A stretch of 19,792 nucleotides of DNA from Hormoscilla sp. (GTDB lineage: Bacteria > Cyanobacteriota > Cyanobacteriia > Cyanobacteriales > Desertifilaceae), in NCBI GenBank assembly GCA_051439505.1, contig JBFRWI010000153.1, forward strand, positions 1-19,792. Reading direction: 5' to 3'. A model generated the notes under the pieces. It did not search any database and was not told the origin of the DNA. It was given only the letters and a program-made list of their open reading frames with translations. This document shows, in pieces, positions 1 through 7,737 of this stretch; positions within the stretch are counted from its first letter, which is position 1, and every line of letters starts with the position of its first letter. Both the position numbers and the translations under genes were made by a program.

Positions 1-1938
1 CGCCACTTCGGAGTCTTCGGAAGTTATCGCCGAGTCATCACCTGCAACTGGTTCATCATTAACTGCATCTATCGTTACCGTTACCGTCGCAAATGCCGTT
101 CCACCTTGACCATCGCTAATGCTATAACTGAAGCTGTCCGTGCCAAAAAAGTCAGCATCAGGAACATAGATTATTTCCTCATCGCTAATACTGACACTAC
201 CATTTTCCGGGTCGCCTAGGGTTACTTCTAACTCGTCATCCTCTATGTCCTCATCGTTGGACAGCAGATCGATCGCCACTTCGGAGTCTTCGGAAGTTGT
301 CGCCGTGTCATCGGATGCAGCTGGTTCATCATTAACTGCATCTATCGTTACCGTTACTGTCGCCGTGGAGGTCAAGTCACCATCAGAAATGCTGTAAGTA
401 AAGCTATCCGTTCCCGCAAAATTAGCCTCGGGAGTATAAATCAACTCCTGGCCGCTAACCGTAACCGTACCATTGACTCCATTGCCCGCAGTAACTGATA
501 ATGGATCTCCATCGGGGTCTGTTTCCTCAGAAGACACTGCGATCGCCACAGACCTGTCTTCCAAAGTTGTCACCGCGTTATCTTCGGCTATTGGAGACTG
601 GTTGATCGTATTTACCGTTACTGTCGCGGTGGCAGTCAACTCCCCATCACTAATACTGTAGATGAACCTGTCCGTTCCCGTGACTCCAGAGTTGGGAGTA
701 TATATCACCCGGTCTCCGCTGATGCTAGCAATGCCAAAAGAAGGGGAACTTACTCCACTGATCGATAATGTATCTCCATCTGGATCTGTGTCACCCCCCA
801 AGACATCGATCGTCACCGGGATGTTTTTAGTCGTCTCTGTCGTGTCATCCGATGCGATCGGGCGTTGATTATCCGCATTTACCCTTACCGTCACCGTCGC
901 CGTATCAATGCCACCAGGGCGATCGTCCGTAATACTATAGATAAAGCTATCCGTACCCGTGAAATCAGTAGCCGGAGTATATATCACCCCCTCACCGCTA
1001 ACAGTAACATTGCCGCCATTTGCAGATATTGGGTCAGCATCTCTCAATAATACTCTGTCCCCATCTGGATCTGTGTCATTCTCTAGCACATTGATGGCGA
1101 TCGGAACACCTGCTAGCGTTTCAGCATTGTCATCATCAGCATTTGGTCGCCGATTTAAATTCAGATCGAAATCATCAAACCCGATCTCAGTCGCTTCACT
1201 CCCCAGTTCTATGCGATCGACAACTCCGGAAAATGCGATCGCCACTTCCTCCCAATCAGTGAACTCGTCTTGACCTCCCTCTGTCTCCTCCAACTCCACC
1301 GGTTCAACTTCTAATTCTTCTTCTTGCAACCCCTGCCTTAACAAAGATCCATTTTCATCCAACACCCGCACTTGATGAGATATGTTCGGCGATGAATAGA
1401 AAAATGACAGTACACCCCCTGCCACTTCTGAGAGAGTAGTATTTACAGTTAAACCGATCGAACCCCCTTCAGCATAAGCAATGACATTATCGCCGCTAGG
1501 GTTATTATCAAATTCCCCTTCACCCCCTGCATCGGTGTCCTTCAGGACTAAAGCATTATCTGAGAACTCAATCGTGAAACCATTTCCCACGACATCGGCA
1601 ATTTGCTGAAAATTCCTCAAACTATCAATCTCATTATTTAATGGGGGAGGGGGATTTCCTGGTGGTACGGCAAGTCGCCCTTCCGCCCGTCCGAACATCT
1701 GAAAATGTTCCTCACCGCTGCGGAACTCCCCTCTGGCCACAGCATCCGCGACATCGGGATATTCGTTCAAGTAAAAAGTTTCATCAAAGCCATCAACCCG
1801 TGGAGGTGCCAGCAGTCGCCCTTCCCCCTGTCCGAACATCTGAAAATGTTCCTCACCGCTGCGGAACTCCCCTCTAGCCACAGCATCCGCGACATCGGGA
1901 TATTCGTTCAAGTAAAAAGTTTCGTCAAATGTAGGCAT
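1..1938 (-). CDS. Large acidic surface/secreted adhesin-like protein, 5' part (runs off window): 2 x YPDV-type repeats, an acidic domain, then at least 4 tandem ~91-95 aa Ig-like/cadherin-like (Big_9 / tandem-95 type) repeats
   Basis: Manual translation: open frame from ATG at 1938 (GGGAGG upstream) to base 1. It begins MPTFDETFYLNEYPDVADAVARGEFRSGEEHFQMFG, and later repeats read N-x-x-P-x-A-x-D-D...D-T-D-P-D-G-D...IYTP...F-x-G-T-D-S-F-x-Y-S-I-S-D-G...ATVTVT. No N-terminal signal peptide is visible. Confidence 0.9.
   Translation of the reverse strand, partial: MPTFDETFYLNEYPDVADAVARGEFRSGEEHFQMFGQGEGRLLAPPRVDGFDETFYLNEYPDVADAVARGEFRSGEEHFQMFGRAEGRLAVPPGNPPPPLNNEIDSLRNFQQIADVVGNGFTIEFSDNALVLKDTDAGGEGEFDNNPSGDNVIAYAEGGSIGLTVNTTLSEVAGGVLSFFYSSPNISHQVRVLDENGSLLRQGLQEEELEVEPVELEETEGGQDEFTDWEEVAIAFSGVVDRIELGSEATEIGFDDFDLNLNRRPNADDDNAETLAGVPIAINVLENDTDPDGDRVLLRDADPISANGGNVTVSGEGVIYTPATDFTGTDSFIYSITDDRPGGIDTATVTVRVNADNQRPIASDDTTETTKNIPVTIDVLGGDTDPDGDTLSISGVSSPSFGIASISGDRVIYTPNSGVTGTDRFIYSISDGELTATATVTVNTINQSPIAEDNAVTTLEDRSVAIAVSSEETDPDGDPLSVTAGNGVNGTVTVSGQELIYTPEANFAGTDSFTYSISDGDLTSTATVTVTIDAVNDEPAASDDTATTSEDSEVAIDLLSNDEDIEDDELEVTLGDPENGSVSISDEEIIYVPDADFFGTDSFSYSISDGQGGTAFATVTVTIDAVNDEPVAGDDSAITSEDSEVA
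1673..1929 (-). repeat. Intragenic direct repeat, 2 x ~116 bp with a 141-bp period, encoding the duplicated YPDV motif
   Basis: 1673-1788 and 1814-1929 differ at about 4 positions. Confidence 0.95.
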
Positions 1939-2069
1939 GGTCTCAACTTCCTCCCACCGATATATACGTAGGATATTTTAGGCCGCAGGGGTGGGTTACT
2001 CCGGTGTCTCCCAATCCTGCATCTTGTCAGTATTATATATTCTCTAACCAATTAAGCATACTTCTATAG

Positions 2070-2410
2070 GGGTGTGGTCAAAAACAGTTGATCGTTCGGG
2101 CGGCCCGGACAGTCGCCGGATCCCCCCAAACCCCCCTTACAAAGCTATACCTTACTCACATGTTTCTTAACATTTCTCAAAGAGCAGGGAGCAGGGAGCA
2201 GGGAGAGGAGGGGATCGAGTAGGCCGCATATATGGTGGTAAAAGTCAAGCCCGATGCTGTCGTCAAACCTCGAAACCATTGCCGCATAAGGCTTTCAAGA
2301 TTGTAAAGAATTATGTGAGTAATGGTAAGCTTACTCGTTACGAGGCTCTGCCTTGTAACGCAAGGGGGGGGTTTGGGGGGATCCTCTACAACAAATGCAT
2401 GACCACACCC
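2070..2410. mobile_element. Composite MITE with GGGTGTGGTCA terminal inverted repeats (IS1/IS1595-like GGnnnTG end), containing nested repeats
   Basis: GGGTGTGGTCA at 2070 and TGACCACACCC ending at 2410, the same ends as element 18686-18882. Inner inverted pair GGATCCCCCCAAACCCCCCTT (2118-2138) / AAGGGGGGGGTTTGGGGGGATCC (2362-2384). No target duplication. Confidence 0.8.
2147..2327. mobile_element. Nested inner MITE with TACC(A)TTACTCACAT-type ends flanked by AGCT; carries AGGGAGC heptamer repeats
   Basis: AGCT-ATACCTTACTCACAT at 2143-2161 and ATGTGAGTAATGGTA-AGCT at 2313-2331. Heptamer run at ~2181-2205. Confidence 0.65.
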
Positions 2411-2534
2411 GTTCACAGGTCAATAGCGGAGGCTCAATTCTAGCCAACTCACCCATTACCCAGTTATGAAACTCGTCCGATCGATCCAGATAAGCTACCA
2501 ACGGTCCAGCGTCAATCAACACTTTTCGTTTCAT
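2411..2534 (-). pseudogene. Truncated PIN-domain (VapC-like) toxin
   Basis: MKRKVLIDAGPLVAYLDRSDEFHNWV...PLLTCE is a typical PIN N-terminus. Similarity stops exactly at the MITE end (2410). ATGA overlap with the upstream antitoxin. Confidence 0.85.
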
Positions 2535-2770
2535 GATGCCTTCGGTCCTTCCAGGTACTTTTTATTATCAGAAAGATCGCCTATGCCACTTTCCAAACAG
2601 TCCGCCCATTTCTTAGCAGCAGTCAGAAAAGACACTGGTTCCTTCTCTTGAGTCTGAATTTATTCGGTATGGATATGACTATGCAAAAATAACACATTAT
2701 CCAGGACTTCCTGCTGTTTGGGAGAAGGAATAATTCTCAGCTTTTCGACAATTGTCTCTTCAATGTTCAT
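2531..2770 (-). pseudogene. DUF2281-like antitoxin with an in-frame stop
   Basis: MNIEETIVEKLRIIPSPKQQEVLDNVLFLHSHIHTE*IQTQEKEPVSFLTAAKKWADCLESGIGDLSDNKKYLEGPKAS*. TAA at 2660-2662 (codon 37). The final TGA overlaps the PIN ATG. Confidence 0.8.
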
Positions 2771-2785
2771 CAATTTAACCCCTTA

Positions 2786-3958
2786 TTAACATCTTGCTAA
2801 AGCTACTTTTGGTCTCAATCTTGCCAAAACTTGCTTGAGTACCATTGCCGTCCAATCGATATCTGCTGTTGTAGTATCGCGCCCCAGGGTCAGGCGAATT
2901 CCACCCAAAGCGGCTGATTCGCTATATCCCATTGCTAGTAAGATGGGACTGGGAGATAGTTTGCCGCTGTGACAGGCGGAACCCGCACTGATGCCAATTC
3001 CTGCTAGGTTCATTTGCCGCACCAGGGTTTTCCCCGTGATGCTTTCCGTATCTGTCAGGCAAAAACTGACGTGGTGGGGGAGGCGGTGCAGGCGATCGCC
3101 CGTGGGCACTAAACCCTCTACATCTGATAATCTATCAAACAGGCGATCGCGCAACCCATACAATCTGGGCATCTCCACCGCCATTTCTGCTAACGCCAAT
3201 TCCGCCGCCACCCCAAACCCGGCAATTGTTGGCACGGCCTGAGTTCCAGAACGCAGTCCCCTCTCTTGTCCGCCACCACCCAATAACGGCATTAACTCTA
3301 CCCCCGGACGCACGTAAAGGGCACCTGCACCTTGAGGACCGTAAATCTTGTGACTAGACACAGACAGCAAATCTACTGGTAAACGCTGAACATCTATAGG
3401 CAAACGTCCCGCCACTTGCACGGCATCAGTATGAAAAAGCACTCTACTCCCCCTGCGAGAACGGAGAATATTCCCCAATAGCTCGATCGGTTGTAAGGTG
3501 CCGACTTCACTCTGTCCGTAGATAATCGACACTAACACTGTATTGGGTTGTAAAGCCTCTTCCAGATCTCTAGGATTGACCCGTCCTTGGCGATTCACTG
3601 GCAACCGCGTTACTTCCCACCCCTGCTGTTCTAGAAATAGCGCTGGCTGTGCGACAGCTGAATGCTCCACACTAGAAATAATCACGTGCTGGGCGGTTCT
3701 ATAGTGGCGGGTAACGCCCGTAATCGCTAAATTGTCAGCTTCAGTGCCACCAGCAGTGAAGATAATCGAGGATGAATCCGGCGCATTCAATAATTTAGCC
3801 ACCTTTATTCTGGCCTCTTCCACTACCGTTGCCGCCCTTTGCCCCCATTGATGTAAGCTAGAAGGATTGCCCCATCTTTGGGTGAGAACTGATTGCATCG
3901 CCGCGATCGCCTCTGGGCTTGGGGGAGTTGTAGCACTATAATCCAGATAGATTTGCAT
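2786..3958 (-). CDS. iscS: Cysteine desulfurase, IscS/NifS (group I) family
   Basis: IYLDYSATTP N-terminus, HTDAVQ, SSHKIYGPQG (PLP lysine) and SAGSACHS (catalytic Cys). Confidence 0.92.
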   Translation of the reverse strand: MQIYLDYSATTPPSPEAIAAMQSVLTQRWGNPSSLHQWGQRAATVVEEARIKVAKLLNAPDSSSIIFTAGGTEADNLAITGVTRHYRTAQHVIISSVEHSAVAQPALFLEQQGWEVTRLPVNRQGRVNPRDLEEALQPNTVLVSIIYGQSEVGTLQPIELLGNILRSRRGSRVLFHTDAVQVAGRLPIDVQRLPVDLLSVSSHKIYGPQGAGALYVRPGVELMPLLGGGGQERGLRSGTQAVPTIAGFGVAAELALAEMAVEMPRLYGLRDRLFDRLSDVEGLVPTGDRLHRLPHHVSFCLTDTESITGKTLVRQMNLAGIGISAGSACHSGKLSPSPILLAMGYSESAALGGIRLTLGRDTTTADIDWTAMVLKQVLARLRPKVALARC

Positions 3959-4025
3959 AAGTCTTGAGTCTATTACATGCCGTTAGGGAACGGACTTGTT
4001 TAAGGAAGTGGATAGGATTTTCTAC

Positions 4026-4424
4026 CTAGCTGCCCGGTTTGCAAACGTTGTAGTCCTCGTGGGACAATACTTTTTGTGGCTCTAGGTTGCTACCTAGATC
4101 GCGGCAGATCATCCGGTAATGTCTAGTGATGGGGATGCTGACGATCAAGCGGTTGTGCCTCAGTCGCTTGCCACCAAATGCGGTGTAGTTATTGCAATCG
4201 GCCAATCCCGCGATGATCTGCCGCGCCTTGACAACTACATGCTTGGGCAAGGTAGTTAAATCGATCGGATCTTGCTCGAAGGTTGCCTGCCACTCTCTTC
4301 TTTGGGCGCGTTTTTGCGCTTGGCTTTGGGCCGCTTGTGCCAGTGCCATCTTCTCCTGCGCGCAACGATGACATTTTTGACCGTACCCTTTATGCCCGCA
4401 GGCAAAAGTCTTTTTTCTTTTCAT
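4026..4424 (-). CDS. Small basic protein: N-terminal CxH..CxxC Zn-binding motif, linker, putative RelE/ParE-like C-terminal domain
   Basis: Likely start is the ATG at 4424 (AGGAG upstream). MKRKKTFACGHKGYGQKCHRC...GKRLRHNRLIVSIPITRHYRMIC...VLSHEDYN. The fold assignment is inferred from the pattern only. Confidence 0.7.
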   Translation of the reverse strand: MKRKKTFACGHKGYGQKCHRCAQEKMALAQAAQSQAQKRAQRREWQATFEQDPIDLTTLPKHVVVKARQIIAGLADCNNYTAFGGKRLRHNRLIVSIPITRHYRMICRDLGSNLEPQKVLSHEDYNVCKPGS

Positions 4425-4590
4425 AGCGAAACTCCTATGGGCTAAATATGAAACCACCAAAGCATTGACAATGAGAATTGCCACTCCATTTTTGATATGC
4501 TAGCTGGAGTAGATTGCCGATGCCATCAATTATTATCAGATTAAAACAAATTTATCATTGATTTCAAGGATCCGATCCCCGATGGGGTGA

Positions 4591-4640
4591 TTGGAGACCG
4601 GTGATTCTAGACAGGTAATTGGGGACCGGTGATTGAGGAA
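4591..4640 (+). repeat. Degenerate 14-bp tandem repeat (GGTGATTGGAGACC-like) upstream of comA
   Basis: ggtgattggagacc ggtgattctagaca ggtaattggggacc ggtgattgagg, spanning roughly 4586-4638. Confidence 0.7.
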
Positions 4641-4650
4641 CGATAAGCAG

Positions 4651-6275
4651 ATGTCGAAATTTTTACCACTAAATCTAGTTTCTGCCTTGCTGCTGGGGCT
4701 GACTATGGGTTGTCAGAAAGTTCCGCCTCCCCAACCGCGACCAGAACCTTTGCCTCAAGATACTTGGATTGAGGTATATTTTAATCAGTCTCAGTCGGGG
4801 GAGTATACGGAACCTTACCGGGAGGTGAGGCGATCGGGGGACGACCTAGAACAAGAGATCGTTGATACGATTAATAAAGCGCAGTCATCGGTGGATGTGG
4901 CTGTGCAGGAGTTGCGTTTGCCGAAAATTGCTCAAGCTTTGGTCTCACGTCACCTTGCTGGGGTGAAGGTAAGGGTAATCTTAGAAAATTTTACTCTCTC
5001 CCTTTGAGTGACATGATGGCATCCGATGGGGGCGATGCTGCTGCGCAGCCGCTGCGCGATCGCAACCAGGAATACTGGCAGTGGCTAGACCGCGATCGGG
5101 ACGGAAAGCTTTCGGAAGCGGAAATAGATCGGGGAGATGCTTTGGGGATCTTACGTAATGCTAAGGTTCCCACGATCGACGATACTGCTGATGGTTCTGC
5201 TGGCAGCGGTTTAATGCATCACAAGTTCGTCATTGTCGATGGTCGGACCTTGATCGTGGGTTCGGCTAATTTCACTCCCAGTGGCATTCACGGAGATTTT
5301 TCCGCACCGAAAAGTCGTGGCAATGCCAATCATCTGCTAAAGATTGAAAGTTACGAGTTAGCAAAGCTGTTTACCCAGGAATTTAATGTGATGTGGGGAG
5401 ATGGTCCGGGAGGAAAGCCCGATAGTAAATTTGGTTTGCAAAAAACACCACGACCGGTAAAGCATCTGCGGCTGGGTGATAGCCTAGTATCAGTGTATTT
5501 TTCCCCCATTTCTCCTAGCAAACCTTGGAGTAAAAGCGGCAATGGACTGATTGCGAAAACGTTGGGTACTGCTAGTAAATCTGTTGACTTGGCCTTATTT
5601 GTATTCTCGGAACAGAAGCTGGTAAATGTCTTAGAAGCTAACCATCGCCGGGGTGTAGAGATTCGCGCTTTGATCGATCGCAGTTTTGCCTGGAGGAATT
5701 ACTCCGAAGCATTGGATATGCTGGGAGTGGCGATCGCCAAAGACTGTAAGTACGAAGCTGATAACCGTCCCTGGAAAAATCCGATCGCCACAGTAGGGGT
5801 GGCCATCATGCCTCCGGGAGACAAGCTACATCACAAGTTTGCGGTGATTGATGGAGAAACTGTAATTACAGGTTCTCATAACTGGTCGCCGGCGGCTAAT
5901 CATAATAATGACGAGACCCTGTTAGTGATTAAAAATCCGACAATAGCGGCTCATTTTGTCCGGGAATTCAACCGACTTTATACTGATGCCCAGCTAGGGG
6001 TTCCCGCTAGACTCCAGCGTCAACTTCTGGCACAAGAACAAGAATGTTCCCAGATTACTACCCCATCTAACTATAACTTAACTAGGCAGAAAGTCAACCT
6101 CAACACTGCGACCCAAGCAGAATTAGAAACTTTACCGGGTATTGGCCCGACATTGGCACGGCGAATTATCCAGGCGCGACAGCAAAAGCCATTTACTTCT
6201 CTAGAGGACTTGGACAATGTATCAGGAATTGGTCCCAAGATGTTAGAGAGATTGTCAAGTCGCGTCACTTGGTAA
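4651..6275 (+). pseudogene. comA: ComA-type competence protein (two HKD phospholipase-D/nuclease domains, EF-hand-like loop, C-terminal ComEA helix-hairpin-helix), split by a -1 frameshift at ~4990
   Basis: Signal/lipoprotein-like N-terminus (LLLGLTMGC), HHKFVIVD and HHKFAVID motifs, DRDRDGKLSEAE, and KVNLNTATQAELETLPGIGP. ORFs 4633-5007 and 5004-6275 join as VILEN-x-YSLPLS if one base is added at GAAAATTTTAC. Confidence 0.85.
5032..5063 (+). repeat. Small dispersed repeat (SDR5-like) at a HIP1 site inside comA
   Basis: GCGAT-GCTGCTGCGCAGCCGCTGC-GCGATCGC (24-nt period). The 21-nt core is identical to the reverse complement of 18754-18774. Confidence 0.75.
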
Positions 6276-6281
6276 AGGTTC

Positions 6282-6347
6282 GTAGTAAGGACTTTAGTCC
6301 TTGCGATCGCCCAAGTTTGTAGTAAGGACTTTAGTCCTTGCGATCGC
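6282..6347 (+). repeat. Two GTAG-type REP-like palindromes, each ending in HIP1; probably helps terminate comA transcription
   Basis: GTAGTAAGGACTTTAGTCCTTGCGATCGC at 6282 and 6319. Partial copy at ~7405-7420, and a stem variant (AAGCGCTTTAGCGCTT) on the minus strand at ~13597-13620. Confidence 0.85.
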
Positions 6348-6387
6348 TTTCTATTCTCCCAATACTTCGTAGGTTTTGGATATAGGT

Positions 6388-6602
6388 TGTCATTGCGAGG
6401 GGGGAGTGCGTAGCGACTAACTTAATATTTAATTGAGTTAACCCCCCGAAGCAATCCCCCGTTCCATATGAGATGAAGATCATTTCGGCGTTGTCGGTGA
6501 GATTGCTAGCCCTCCTGCGTCGGGCCGCTGCGCTAGCGGGGGGGGGGGATATTGGCGGAGATCCCTAAATTATCGGTTTCGGTTTCCCCCCTCGGAATGA
6601 CA
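6388..6602. mobile_element. GTCATTGCGAG-type palindromic MITE/REP doublet with a nested small repeat
   Basis: TGTCATTGCGAGGGGGG ... CCCCCCTCGGAATGACA ends, internal GAAGCAATC / GATTGCT arms, and an SDR-like insert at 6505-6537. Confidence 0.75.
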
Positions 6603-6625
6603 GCTTGTATCCCTTGAAGTATTGT

Positions 6626-7111
6626 CTATTCTCCTGCTTGCTGCAATACCTCAGCGTAAAGCTTCGCACTCACCCGAAATCCTACTTGTGCGATCAAATC
6701 ATCCATTAAAAGTTTAACCTCTGTAATTAATCCTGTACGTTTAGCGGTAATTAAAATCCCCAAAACCCCAGTTAACTTGAGACCATTACTACGGGCGACT
6801 TTTCGACCTAGTTCCTCGTCTATCAACAGCAAATCAGCATTTAATTCGATCGCCAGCACGATGGCTTCAATTTCCCCAGCATGCAGTCCCTTTGGGAAAG
6901 TACCGATCGGGCTGTAATCTGTGACATGCTGCGTTTTAATCCACGGGAGAGTTCGCACTGCGACTGCACCGACATCGGTTTTCCCAGCATTGGCAATTTC
7001 ATCATAAACTGCCGTAGGAATGATAATTTGATTGTATAGCTGTTGCAGCAGATTTAATTGCCCGATCGCAGCTATACTGATAATTGGTGAAGTATTACTG
7101 ACAACAATCAT
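6626..7111 (-). CDS. DUF3368 PIN-like protein (putative toxin)
   Basis: MIVVSNTSPII...LHAGEIEAIVLAIELNADLLLIDEELGRKVA...GVLGIL. TAATG overlap with the upstream gene. Confidence 0.88.
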   Translation of the reverse strand: MIVVSNTSPIISIAAIGQLNLLQQLYNQIIIPTAVYDEIANAGKTDVGAVAVRTLPWIKTQHVTDYSPIGTFPKGLHAGEIEAIVLAIELNADLLLIDEELGRKVARSNGLKLTGVLGILITAKRTGLITEVKLLMDDLIAQVGFRVSAKLYAEVLQQAGE

Positions 7112-7353
7112 TACCAACCCATTTCTGCAATAGTTTTGAGGTCTTCTCTAAACTCCTTGACTCCATAATGGATGGGAATTCGACGGCTACCTAGCAAGCG
7201 CAGAAATTGGAGTTGATTCATTTGGGCAATGTGACTGGCCTTGCCAAGGCTGATTTTTTTCTGGCGGAATAGCATAATGGCAATTTCTCGCAGGAATTCC
7301 GTCTCTGACATCCCGGCTGCTTCTAGAATTTCATCAGAAATAGTTACGCTCAT
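7111..7353 (-). CDS. UPF0175 family protein (putative antitoxin)
   Basis: EIAIMLFRQKKISLGKASHIAQMNQLQFLRLLGSRRIPIHYG pattern; GAGGTAG ribosome-binding site upstream. Confidence 0.88.
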   Translation of the reverse strand: MSVTISDEILEAAGMSETEFLREIAIMLFRQKKISLGKASHIAQMNQLQFLRLLGSRRIPIHYGVKEFREDLKTIAEMGW

Positions 7354-7680
7354 GCTTGCTACCTCCTATCCCTCTCTTGATTATAGCAGTAGTTCAATCG
7401 TGGCGGACTTTAGTCCTTGCTTGCAGGGGCGATCGCCCCGTAGTACAACTGTCCTACCCATAACTTCACCGGTGACGCTCGCGAGTGCATCTCACTATTG
7501 CACTTTTGCAATAATTTTCGCTAATTGCTAATTGCTAGCTTGCATTTAGCAAACCTGAAAGTCCCGCACAAAGCTAGTTTTCTCAATCTATCAATAATGA
7601 TATCGTGATGCTCTCAAACATAAATGTAAATAAAAACTATCTATAGCTTGGAAATTGGCCAATCTGAGATGCTCCCCTAA

Positions 7681-7737
7681 CAACTGACAACTAACAACTA
7701 ACAACTAACAACTTACAACTAACCACTGACAACTAAC
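7681..7737 (+). repeat. Heptamer short tandem repeat (STRR-like), ~8 x CAACTAA
   Basis: caactga caactaa caactaa caactaa caactta caactaa ccactga caactaa, abutting the kinase stop codon. Confidence 0.9.

Noticed and set aside
1673..1929. Possible DGR template/variable repeat pair
   Set aside because: Both copies are in frame at the N-terminus of one gene, the few differences are not adenine-specific, and there is no reverse transcriptase in the window.
473..1971. Plus-strand short ORFs from the ORF track
   Set aside because: They are antisense shadows of the minus-strand adhesin gene.
6282..6347. Possible mini-CRISPR (29-bp palindromic direct repeats)
   Set aside because: Only two copies with an 8-bp spacer, each ending in HIP1, and no cas genes. 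It fits a REP doublet.
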